Positions 23,395 to 35,800 of a stretch of 64,000 nt of DNA are shown in pieces (positions within the stretch are counted from its first letter, which is position 1; the number at the start of each line of letters is the position of its first letter). A model generated the notes under the pieces. The model had not been told where the DNA came from. It searched no databases and saw only the letters and a list, made by a program, of their open reading frames with translations. The position numbers and the translations under genes were made by a program. Source of the stretch: Narcine bancroftii (Eukaryota); contig NC_091470.1 in the NCBI RefSeq assembly GCF_036971445.1, positions 158,534,001 through 158,598,000 on the forward strand, given 5' to 3'.

Positions 23395-26300
23395 TATCTT
23401 AATTTGTGGAATTTTTATTTTATTGAGTTTAGCCTTTGCTCATCTGGAGGAGGTGTACATTACCAGAAAGCTGTGAAGGTTGGTCACAGGCAGTGACTTC
23501 CATTAACTTGGGAATAATGCGTATCGTCCCCATCCTTGAACTCACATAGCTGGCACCAGTTCACAAAAAGGGGAGGGAAGGACATAGAAAGGAGAGTGAT
23601 AGAATCTCAAAGCAGAGCCAACAAAAGGGAAGGGCAACAATATAAGTTGCATTTCATCATTACCATCGCATGCCGCTGCATGGTCACCCAGGACAGGAGT
23701 GCTGAAGACCACCACACTACTTCGACTTTTGATCGACTTCTCAATGCTTCCACTTCTTTTCTAATGCTTACCACAATACTCCCATCACACATCCTTGCCC
23801 TTCCATAGACTCCACTCCAGAAAGGATGCTGCTAACTTCACTGAAATTGCCGCAATTCCTTTTTTTGGTTTGCTTTAGAACCTATTCAGGGTTTAGCAGG
23901 AACCGTGGCTTCAGGGCATCACTGGACCTCTGATTCACATAATACTTCTGTTCCCTGGCGAGGCTTATAGGAATGAATCTATTTAAGTGCGCATCTTTAT
24001 TTAAGATTGTTCTTTGATATCTGACAATTTTATGGTAGTCTAATGAACCAATGGCTAGGCAATATGTTGGGATGGAGGCTAAATCATGTACAGTGGTCTC
24101 ACCACATGGAGAAGGTCTATTTTTCATCCCTGAGTCAGCCACAGTAAACATCAAATTCTGTCTGAGGCTATCATCAGAACATTGTGCTCGAACACTGAAG
24201 CCAGATCTTCATGGCAGGCTGTCTGAAAATTGTTGAACGAGCAAGCTAATTTCTGCCTGAAACTGTCTCTCCCTGACCCTTCTAATGGCAGCTGCACCAA
24301 CTAATCGTTCAGTCTCATGTTAGCCACTCCGCAAAGCAAATATGGTTGGCAGAGCATCTGGCAGGTCTCAGTGGCGAAGTCACTGTCACAATTGGCAGAA
24401 CATTAAACTACACAGAACTGAAATCCACAACATGGGGCTCTATGTCACTGATTCAGCCAGGTTAGCAGTTTTGTTGTCTAATTAACCATAGACTTAGATG
24501 ATAAAACACCAACTAGCCCTTGGTCCCGCCACTGTGATGCTCCTATAGTTTAAAAAAAAGCTAGTCAGTAATGACTGCTTGTGAAGAAGGAGGAATGAGA
24601 GCCAGCTGCTGTGGCCCAGAAAGCAGCTGCAATCCATCTGCTAATTCCTCTAAATTCTCATTTAGACCAGTGGCTGGCAATAACTGAGGAAATGAAGCAA
24701 TTTTGAAAGAGAAAATCAGCAAAAGGAAATACGTCAGGAAAATAAATGTCCTAAGCAAAATAAAAACAGAGGAACATAATTAAAGTCGAGTGTGAAAGAT
24801 TGAAAAATGAGGATAACCCCATTAACAATTTTTTTAAAAAGTACTGAATAATAACCGGACTTAAAAAACGATATAAGCAGAGAAAGTAATTTGTGATTAA
24901 AGGAGACCAACTAGCTAAACATACTGTAGATAGTAAGAAAAACTTTGAGATCCTGAATCAAAGGTGTAACGGCAAAATATCAACAAACCAAAGTTATCAG
25001 AACAGACTTTAAAGAAAGATAATCCTTTGACCAAGCTTCTTTGAAGAAGAGATCAAACGGGAAGTTGTTGGAAGCATAATTGTTGGAGTCAACTCAGCTT
25101 CAATTCGAAGTAAATATCTTTAAAAAGCAAGATATGAGAGCAGAGAAAGGCGATTGAAGAGAATGAGAGGGAAACGGAAAAACTGAATCCACAGGAGAAA
25201 GAGATGCCAGAGATATGCCAGTCCCTTCCCCTCTGCCGTCAAATTTCTGACTGAACAATGAACCATACACAAAACCCCTCTTTGTCTTTTTCATTTTCTT
25301 GCGCTATTTTTTATTTATTTTGTAATGTGGTTTATATAAGCGCTTGTGGGGCTGCCGCAAAGCAATGAATTTCGTGACATGTTCATGACAACAAATTCTG
25401 ATTCTGGTTTTGAGATATACAAGGCCAGAAGGGCAGTTCCTTTGTAAAGCATCAAACATGCATCTATATTCAGCCTCAACAGTAATGACTCTGGCTAAAC
25501 AAGATGACAGTTTTGGCAGCAGATTTTTTTCCCCTGTAAACTATCAACTTGCTGATGACCCTTGTTAATTTCATAAACAACAGTTGTTTTGGATTTGGAG
25601 GGGAGCGGGGGGAGGGAAATGGTACAGCGAGGCAGTCCTTGACATGGCTATGTCACCTCCAAACAGCATTCATCGCACTTACTGAACTCATTCCGAAATT
25701 CTAAGCACGTTACTACTGCCTGTTTAAGAACATCATTGCCTCAACCTTGTCATTATGAAAAAATGCAGCAGAAATGTTCTTCTAAAGTTTATCACCTGGG
25801 ATTTCAAAATGAAATATCATGGCAATTATATCAGTCCCTTTGACATGGGCCAACATGCTATCAACAATATGTTTAACAATAAATTTACAGATGCACAGGA
25901 CCAGTGGGGCAGCATCAGGAGATAGAACTGTGAGAATTGCGAATCTGGAGGAAATGTTCATCCTAATGTCTATTAGAAATGGTTTATCAATCCCCACCCC
26001 CGCTGGCTGCTGCCCCTTTCTGACACCATTTTAAATTCCAACCTTCTTGTGTGTCCAGCACTGGTCTTTCTCAATGCGGAGTTATTTTCAGATCCTGACT
26101 CACTTATTCCTTACATTATTTTAACATGATGAGCTGCGTTCCCAGAATCCTGCAAGAACGTAGAAGCACAATAGCAGTCTTTTGTATCATGAGACATATT
26201 CAAACCCAAGTAGAGAGAAAGGGAGGGTGAGAGAAAAGCAGATGATGATGGCGGGTAACTCCAACTGAGAGCAGAGGATCCAGGGAGAGTGTTAAAGATA

Positions 26301-26849
26301 ATAAATTGGAAAAGTTCCCCATGACCTGCCAAATACTCACAATCAGTTTTATAGAGTTTATCTTGCTGTAAGGATAGAGAAATCTTTATCAATATAATTA
26401 AATTAGGTTCAGAAGGCAATTCAGAGCCTGGTTTAAATTTACTGTTAGCCTACTGACTTGCCAGGATACAGATAACTTGGAAAGTGGCAGGAGTTGTCAA
26501 CACAAGATAATAGGGCAAAACACAAACGTGGTAGAGAAACTCAGCAGGCCATGCAACATCCACAGGAAGTAAAAGGCAACCAACACGAGGATAATAGCCC
26601 ATGTGCAGCAGTACACCCCCCCCACCCCGACCCCTCATGGAAGCCTCTTGCCCTTCTAATGATCAAGGGCTCTCCAATATCTAACTCTCTCCCTGCCTCT
26701 GATCCCAATGGCTCCCTCACCCTGCAACCAGCTGGTCTGCAAATGTGACCAGGTGCTGAACCAGAAACACTACATAAAACACTAAAACCAAAGATCAGGG
26801 ATTAAATATGGTAACTAGTCACTTCCCAGCCTTGCTGCACTGTATAGAT

Positions 26850-27300
26850 AGGGCTCAGGAACACAAACAGGGATGAGGAGCAGGAACGGAGTCCAGAAAC
26901 ATAGGATCAGGAACAGGACCCAGGAACACAGCACAAGCCGAGGGATCAGCTGTAGATTTATAAGACACAGATCAGGTATAGGGTCCAAGAACACAGGACA
27001 ACTCAGAGATTAGGTACAGTGACGGGTTCCAGAACAACAGGACGAGTCAAGGGATCAGAGACAGGATTAGAAACAGGAAACAGGAACAGGGTCCAAGAAC
27101 ATAGGACGCCTAAGGGATCAGGATCAGGCTCCAACAACACAGTGCAGGCATGTGGATCAGGAACAGGAATAGAAACAGGAACAGGGTGAAGTATAAGCCA
27201 AGGGATCTGGAACAGGATTATAAACAGGGATCAGGAATGGTATGCAACAACATAGGCCACCACAGGGAGGGGAACCGGGATCAAGAAGAGGGCACAAAGA
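26850..27300. repeat. Degenerate purine-rich tandem repeat
   Basis: Recurrent caggaacagg, gggatcagg and ggtccaagaaca units. Confidence 0.65.
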
Positions 27301-29597
27301 GCAAAAAATTAAAAACACAAAGCTTGGGATGCCTATTTTTAACATTTTGAGACCAATTAGCCACATCGACAGTGAACAGTTAAATGCAGCCTGTTATTTT
27401 AGCAGGGGTGCATGCACTACTCTCATCTTGGACACATAATGAAAAATATGAAAGCTCGTTAAGCTTGGAGGAAGTGGAGCATGATGCGCTACATGAGCGG
27501 TTTTGCACTAAATTGTGTCATCTCCCGTTGAAGGGAAAGTCTTGCCAAAGGAAAGCAGTTGACAGTACTGTTATATAATGTTCCATGCTCAAAGTTGAAA
27601 TGTTGTGATGTTGTGCATCTGTCTGACAGTTACATAACAGTATTTTACCAGAAGCCCAACTGCCATCAAATACTCAAAGCAAATGTTGCATGTTTTGAGT
27701 CCGCTGTGTTTATGGAACACTTATGTATGAAGACAGCTGGACCTGCACAGCACCAATGTTCTGTTAGATGTCACCCCTTTAAAATTCTTTTGGAGGCCCA
27801 TGAGTGAGATTGGCTACTCACCCAATAACTGGTCTTCACAATACAAGTGGCCTGCAGGCAGATAAATTTCATCAGGCCTTTCTGACTCAGACCAGGGACA
27901 ATGCTGTGGAGTCTAGCAATACGAACTATAGGTCCCCTTTAAGTTAACTGGTTTCCTACCCACCACCCCCCCTCACCCCCCACCCTCACTCCCACTCAAT
28001 TCCCCTTCACTGCGGGCCTCCTTTCAGTCCCCAGCTGACCCGGCATTGATCACAACCCCAGCACCAAGTGTGCAGCATACAAACGTCAGCCTGGTGCAAC
28101 CTTCACAGGACTCCGTCGCCCACAGCCCAAACCTCACCTCCAAATGGAGCTCCAATAAGCTTCTCACACTCCAAAAGTAGCTCTGTCTTCCCCAGTCCCC
28201 TTAAAAACGACTATATTATTGCTTACATCGTACAATATACACCAAAATCCTTATTATTGAACAAATATTTCATAAAAAACTACAATAGCATATTTAATTG
28301 AAATAAAAAGAGAATAAATTCAAAAAAGTGATTCCTATGTCTTTCATCATCACAATCCATCCCCCAATGCATGACCAGTGCACACACACAGACATGAATC
28401 CTCCACTTGCTTTCAATAGCCAAAGTAGAAGTTCATGTACATGAATCTGAACCATGGGAATGGTACATAATAGAATACTGCAGCAGAGACCTTAATTACT
28501 AAAATCTCCATCTGGTACGATTTTAAACTGCCTTTCAAAGCACAGAACAATTTCTGAGCTAATTTTCAGTATGTGCTTGGATGTTTCTGGGTGCCCTTTG
28601 ATGCTAAAGCATCACTCATATGAACATATTTAAGTACCATGTATAGATGAAGCTGCCCCAGTACATAAAACACTCATAAAAATTAAGAATAATTAAGACA
28701 CCGCAAAGAGAAAAAAGGATTATAATATGAAAGGAAGAGAAAAATACTATTCACAGTATTTTTGGGTTCAAGCTTATATAAGGTGTCAAAAAAAGGTGAT
28801 TTTCAAATGAATCTGAATGGAGAGTTATCAAAACAATTCCAAAATTCAGTGAGGAGGCCTCCAGAGGTTCTATCAGTACATGAAAGGCTGTATTTCTTGC
28901 TCAGAGATCTTTTGGCCATGGCCTTAGTCATCTCCTCACCCAATACCCAAGTAGGATATCTTCCAAGCAGGAATCCTTGGAAAGAGGTCAGGAGTAGGAC
29001 AATAGAAAGGAGCAGCTAATGAGTACAAGGTGAGGGAATGAAGAGTAGAATCTTCTTTGTCTCACAAGGATACTGTCACTCATCGCTCCCAGTATCCATG
29101 AGCAACATGGCAGAGTAGCACCTATCCCTCTGACCTCTGCATCTTTTGTGCTCAACTCTCTGCTGGAGACATTGCATCCAAATGCCAGGCTGGAAATACA
29201 TTTAGTGGCTGAAATACTGAGGTAGACAGAGAGTTTATATGTTAGTGTGCACAAATATACGGTATTTTCTGTCAGGTCATCGTCAATTATATCATAAAGG
29301 CATATCCCAATTTTCTTCCTGTGCTGCACATTATTCTAGAACCAAGTTGGAATGTATTGCTGAGACCACAGATACCAGTATTATAAATACATGGAACTGA
29401 CCCCAACAGTCAATTTATCATTAATGGAAGGTGAGACATTGCCTCTATTCCTGACCAGTGTTTACTGTTGCTTAGTAACATCACACAACATTATTTCTCA
29501 TCTTAGGTAGTCCTTTGGGATCTGGGATGACTAGCTTTGACTCCATTTCTGTGCTTTACAAGGCAATTGAAGATTCCAATATGGGATCCGCAGACTT

Positions 29598-29637
29598 TGT
29601 GTGCATGCGTGCGTGCGTGCGTGCGTGCGTGCGTGTG
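29598..29637. repeat. (GCGT)n microsatellite in an alternating purine-pyrimidine tract
   Basis: tgtgtgcatgcgtgcgtgcgtgcgtgcgtgcgtgcgtgtg. Confidence 0.95.
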
Positions 29638-30669
29638 GAGTGTTTCCAGCATTTGTGGATTTTTGATTTTCACTGCTCACCAGGTGCTCAGGACTGATTC
29701 CCTCACTGGTCAGTTTATTGACCTCCCAGGGTATCTAGTCCTCACTTCCAAAATCTCTAATACAGTAAGACCCTGGATTTTACATTAAAGGCCATGTTCT
29801 GCATTCTTTGCTTTATTGTAACACTACACCTTGCACATTTATTACCTGCTGAACTTCTGAATTTGTATAGGTTAAGTTACCTGGATGGAATGCAAAATAA
29901 CATTTTTCACTGTTTCTCAGTCTACATGTCAAAAAAATAAATTAATTCAAAGATCAGTCGTGATGATGGAACAGTCCCCATGGATTAATGGCCTGATCCT
30001 ACTTTTCTTGGATTCTTTCTCTTTGAAGAATTTGTTGCCAGTACACCTACCCCCTTCAGGAGGCAACAACCAAAGACAAAGTACAGCAATAAATGAAAAT
30101 GTTAGGAATCTCCTGGTGGGTCTGTGACCTGGTCCAGCAAGTAGCTGAACCGTTTAATGAAGGTGCATATTTGAAACGTAGTTTGCATTGGCAATTATTT
30201 ATTAAAGAAAATGCAGATGCGGAAAATCTGAAATTTAATCTGGAAACACTCACCTGATTTAACTACTTTTCATGGAGAGAGAAAAATAGAGGTCAAAAAC
30301 ATTTGGTTAGAAACTAGCTTGCAGAAGGCAACTTAAAACTACCTCTCTTTCCAAACTGGCAAAGAGCCTTCTTCCAAAAAAAATACCGATGTTTTCATAC
30401 TTCTATCTCTTCATTGCGTTAATATTTCAGATAGATTTTGTTTGGTGTTAAATAAAGGCGCTAAACAGTAAAGATTGGCTCCATGCTATTGCATGGTATG
30501 CACTCATTTCCACTTGGATCTACATTTATTGATGTTCAGAATTGTTCTGCGCTGGAATATTTTTCATGGTTCAATATGCAGTCAAATTATATACTGAGGA
30601 GCTCCCAGCAATAATCTGTAAACCAAGTAACCAGTGAGTATCTTAACAGAGATGATACACTGCTTGTGG

Positions 30670-31555
30670 TAAAAGCACAATGTTGGAGAAACTCAGCAGG
30701 TCAAACAGTGTACTTTCTGATGCAAAGATAAAGAGCCTTTCTTTCATCTTATCTTGAAGGGCTCAAGCCTGAAACATTGGTTATGTATCTTTATCTTTTC
30801 TATATAAAGTACACTGTTTGACCTAAAAACACAAAATGCTGGAGAAGCTCAGCAGGTCAGTGTCCTTTATGTAGCAAAGGCAAAGATACATAACTGACTT
30901 TTCGGGCTTGAGCCCCTCATCAAAGTATGAGAAAATGTTGGCAAGCGTCCGAACAAAAGAATAGGAGGGGGAAGGGGGGGGTGTCAAAGCAGGAGATGAT
31001 AGGTGGAGAAAGGAGGGAGGGGACAGCAGCAATGAGGGCAGTGTGGATGAAAGAACTGGAAAGACAGTAAAAAGTGGGGGGGGGGGGGGGGGGAGGGAAA
31101 AGAAAAGGCAAGCAGGCTTAATGGAAAGTAGTAAAGTCAATGTTCATGCCATGCAACTGGAGGATGCCCAGATAAGGTGTTGTTCCCCAATCTGCGGGTG
31201 TTCTAGGTGGGACAGTACATAAGGCCATGGACAGACATGGGAGCGCGGGACTGTGACACAGAATTGAAGTGGGAGGCCACTTTGGATGGAGGCACTGAGC
31301 GAAGCGATCTCCCAGTCTGAGAGGACCACAAAGAGTGCACCGGACGCAGTAAATAAGCCTGGAGTAAATAAGCTAGGGCGGAATCTTTGACCACCTGGGC
31401 CGGGTGGCACAGTGCCCGCTTCTGCTGGTGAGGGAGGCCGAGGGGGCCACAGTCTGGCAAAGATCTGTGTAGAATAGGGAATCTGGATGTGCAAGTGACC
31501 TGCTCAGTTTCTCCAGCAATGTGTTTTTATTTTAATCACTGCATCTGCAGACTGC
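30670..31555. mobile_element. Penelope fold-back element interrupted by a second Penelope insertion (30825-31495)
   Basis: The outer arms ggagaaactcagcaggtc and gacctgctcagtttctcc are split at a duplicated TGACCT (30819-30824 and 31496-31501). The inner minus-strand copy has a pLTR and an EQHLIW GIY-YIG remnant. Confidence 0.7.
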
Positions 31556-31714
31556 ACCAACATAAAACATAGTTTTAGAGTAAGCTCAATTGCACCATCT
31601 GGAGGTCAAAAAATAAACAGTGGTTTATTTTGACCAGCTGGTTCGTTGTCATCCAGTTTCCCCCCCCACCCACCCCATTGCAGAGTAATTAAGAATGAAT
31701 GAATGACAGACTAA

Positions 31715-32080
31715 GCGCGGCCTCAGAAGGTCTTATTACTTGCGTGTCAATCACAACGGCGAGCCCCGCCCCTGTGGTCCTCACGCCGTCCCAGGCAGCG
31801 CGGAGCCGGCGTCCCTGTGGTGCCGTCACTTCCGGCAGGCGGTGCTGCCCACGGGGGATCTGGTGATGAGGGCAGATCAGTGGCGGTTGAGGATGCGTCC
31901 ACTTCAAGAATGGAGCCCCTGCAAGTGAAGGATCGGATCCTGGAGAACATCTCGCTGTCGGTGAAGCAGGTGAGAGGCCAGGGCGGAATCTTTGACCGTC
32001 TGGGCCGGGTGGCGCGGTGCCCGCTTCTGCTGGTGAGGGAGGGCCACAGCCTGGCAAAGATCCCTGTAGAATAGGGAGCC
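31715..32080 (+). promoter_or_regulatory. PLEKHM2 CpG-island promoter
   Basis: Locally GC- and CpG-rich. It has a GC box gccccgcccc (31763-31772), an ETS/GABP site cacttccgg (31827-31835) and a PBX/PREP-like tgtcaatca (31745-31753). No TATA box. Confidence 0.75.
31910..31969 (+). CDS. PLEKHM2: PLEKHM2/SKIP exon 1
   Basis: Encodes MEPLQVKDRILENISLSVKQ (human MEPGEVKDRILENISLSVKK). Donor CAG|GTGAGA. Confidence 0.95.
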
Positions 32081-32314
32081 GGTCATTATGATTTTTTTTA
32101 TTTAGGGCAGTTCCACGGTTTTGGGATCACATTTCAAGGTCTTGATCATTTTTCCAGAAAAACTTGACCATTGGGAGTGAAGTGGAATGTTCCACTTTTT
32201 TTTCAGCAGTAATTCACTGTAAAAATGACCAAAAAGTCTGTAAAAGATGATGCCTTTTCTGTTGAGCAGGTTGGAAAATGCTGAGCAATTATTGGAGAAC
32301 ACTGGAATAAAACG

Positions 32315-32515
32315 TGAAAGTGCAGTCACTGTGATTGAAGTAAAAACACAACGCTGGAGGAACTCAGCAGGTCAAACAGCATACTTGTGTATCAAATAGA
32401 AAGGGGCATAACTTGTGTTCTTTCAGCATCAAACCTGAAATATTGGTGATGTATTGTTAACTGTGCTCAATAAAGTACACGGTTTGACCTGCTTGAGTTT
32501 CCCCAGCATTGAGTT
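32315..32515. mobile_element. Penelope-derived fold-back element
   Basis: Inverted arms gctggaggaactcagcaggtcaaac and gtttgacctgcttgagtttccccagc. Confidence 0.65.
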
Positions 32516-32849
32516 GTTAATTAGAAAACATTGTTGTAAATGCTACATAAGTTATAAAATGGTTCTTAGTCGTTAAAAGTTTTTTTTTTTAATTGCTGCA
32601 AATGTTCAACAGGACAGTCAACATCTGTGGAGGGAAAAAAAAACATTCAAATTTTCAGTCAGTGGCAGCATTGACAGCTATTTTTGTCAAAATCGGGGGA
32701 CGGGGGGGCAAATCTTCAGAATTATGGGTTGCCTGTTTAACCCCTCTCAGAGGGGTTATCAAATTAGAATTTTCTACCTCTGAGGTGAAATCTTTGGGGA
32801 TGCTAAAGGTTGTCAACATCCCCGAGGATCTGTCCTGGAGCCTCCATGT

Positions 32850-35800
32850 ATTTTTTAATTTTTCGCACGATGAACCATATGAATCAAAATACACACAAAC
32901 ATGTCCCTCTTGAAGATAGACAGTGTCTTTTTCTTCCCTCCTTCCCACCCCCCTCCAAACCCATTAAATGTTCAACAATAAACCCATTAAACAATGTCAT
33001 CACACAATGAAAATAAACAAGAAAATTGTGTCATCTACTGTTACACACTGGGCCAGTTCATTTTGTCTTCTCATTTTATCATTTTAGGGGGTGGAGGTCC
33101 ACGGTAGGCCCTCTCTGTAATGTTCCATGTACGGTTCCCAAATTTGTTCAAATAATGTGACTTTATTTTTTAAATTATATGTTATTTTTTCCAATGGAAT
33201 ACATTTATTCATTTCCATGTATCATTGCTGTACACTCAGGCTCTGTTCTGATTTCCAAGTTGACATTATACATTTTTTTGCTAAAGCTAAGGCTTTCATA
33301 ATAAATCTTTTTTGCACTTCAGCCAGTTTGAGGCCAAATTCTTTACTTCTTATATTACTTAGAAGAATGATCTCTGAATTTTTTGGTATGTGATTTTTAT
33401 TTAATATCTGATTTAGATCTTCCCAAAGCTTTTCCACTTTCTCACATGCCCAAATTGCATGTACTGTTGTTCCCATTTCCTTCTTACAGCAAAAACATCT
33501 ATCTGATAATGTTAGATCCCATTTATTTAACTTTTGGAGCGTGATATATAGCCTGTGTAACCAATTTTATCATTTGTAACCTATTATATTTCTCATAGTT
33601 CCGGAGCATAACTTTTCCCATATTTCATTTTTTATCTTTATGTTTAGATCTTTTTCCCCACTTTTGTTTGGGTTTATAGCTTATTTCATCATTTTCTTTC
33701 TCTTGCAGCTTGATGTACATGTTTGTTATAAATCTTTTAATTATCATTGTGTCTGTGATCACATTCCAGAAGCTGCTTCCTTCTGGTAATCTCAGTCTGC
33801 TTCCCAATTTGTCCTGTAAGTAGGTTTCAGTTGGTGGTATGCAAACATTGTACCATGAGTTATTCCATATTTTTACTTCATCTGTTCAAATGATATTAAA
33901 TTATTTTCCAAAAAACAATTTTCTATTCTTTTAATTCCTTTTCTATCCCATTCTCTAAAGGAAAGGTTATCTATTGTGAAAGGGATTGGTTGATTTTGCA
34001 TCAATAATAATTTTGGTGTTTGGTAATGGTACTGGTGAACTTCTATATTGCACCAGTTTTTCATCCCACTTATAAAGTATATGTTCTGGTACCTTCTCCC
34101 CTATCTTATCTAGCACTATCCTGGTCCAATCTGGTTTTTCCCTTGTTTGATAAAAATCTGATCGATATCTTAATTGTTTTGCTCTATAATAATTTTTAAA
34201 GTTTGTTAGCTGCAAACCACCTTGTTTGTACCATTCTGTTAATTTATCTAGCGCTATCCTCGGTTTTCCCCCTTTCCATAAGAATTTCCTTATTATTCTC
34301 TTTAGTTCATTGAAGAATTTCTCTGTTCTGTGAATTGGTAACGATTGAAATAGGTATTATATCCTTGGGAAGATATTCATTTTAATGCAATTTACCCTTC
34401 CTATCAGTGTTAGTGGTAAATCTTTCCAAGGTTCTAAGTCCTCTTGTATTTTCTTCATTAATGGCTGATAATTTAATTTGTATAGATGGCCTAAATTATT
34501 ATCTAATCTAATACCTAGGTATCGGATTGCTTGTGTTTGCCATTTAAATGGTGATTCTTTTCTAAACTCTGTGTAATTCACATTATTCATTTGCATCACT
34601 TCACTTTTATTTGTGTTGATCTTGTACCCCAATATTTCTTCATATTCCTTCAATTTCTTGCGTAATTTTTTTTATTGATATTCTGGTTCTGTTAAGTATA
34701 CTATGATGTCATCTACAAATAAACTGATTTTATATTCCTTCTCTTTTATTTTTATCCCTTTAATTTTATTTTCTGTTCTTATCAGCTCTGCCAATGGTTC
34801 TATTGCTAAAGCGAACAGTGAGGGAGATAGTGGACATTCCTGCCTAGTTGACCTGCTTAATTTAAATTGGTTCGATTATATATCCATTTACTGTCACCTT
34901 CGCCATTGGTCCCTTATATAATGCTTTAATCCAATTAATATATTTCTCTGGTAGGTTGAACCTCTGTAATACTTTGAATAAATAATTCCATTCTACCCTG
35001 TCAAAGGCTTTCTATGCATCTAAAGCAACAGCCACTGTTGGTATCTTATTTCCTTGTACTGCATGGATTAAGTTAATGAACTTACAGACATTGTCCGTTG
35101 TTCGTCTTTTCTTAATAAATCCAGTTTGATCTAGTTTTACTATTTTTGATACACAGTCGGCTAATCTGTTTGCTAATAGTTTTGCTATTATCTTATAATC
35201 TGAGTATAAGTAGAGATATTGGTCTATACGATGCTTTCCCTGTCTTTGGTATTACTGTAATTATTGCTGTTTTACTTGAATCTGGGTAGTTTTGTGTTTC
35301 TTCTATTTGGTTCATTACTTCCAGGAGAGGAGAAATTAATAACTCTTTAAATGTTTTATAGAATTCTATTGGGAATCCATCCTCTCCAGGCGTTTTATTG
35401 TTCGGTAGCTTTTCTAATACATCCTGTATTTCCTCTATTTCAAATGGTTTTATCAATTTGTTTTGCTCCTCTTCTTGCAATTTCGGTAGTTAAATTTTAG
35501 CTAAAAACTCATCTATTTTGTCTTCTTTCCCTTCGTTCTCAGTTCGGTATAATTGCTCGAAGAATTCCTTGAAGTTTTCATTGATCTCTGTTGGGTTATG
35601 CGTAATTTGTTTGTCCTTTTTCCTTGATGCCAATACCGTTCTTTTAGCTTGTTCTGTTTTAAGCTGCCAGGCTAGTATTTTGTGGGGTTTTTTTTCTCTC
35701 CTAGTTCATAATACTTCTGCTTTATTTTCATTATGTTCTTCTCCACCTTATACGTTTGTAATGTTTCGTATTTTTATTTTTTTGTCTGCTAATTCTCTTT

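Noticed and set aside
26850-27300. CRISPR-like or coding repeat array
   Set aside because: The context is eukaryotic, the units are degenerate without unique spacers, and there is no sustained ORF or splice signal.
31817-31909. In-frame GTG-initiated N-terminal extension of PLEKHM2
   Set aside because: The ATG at 31910 matches the known N-terminus and has a strong Kozak context. Nothing supports an extension.
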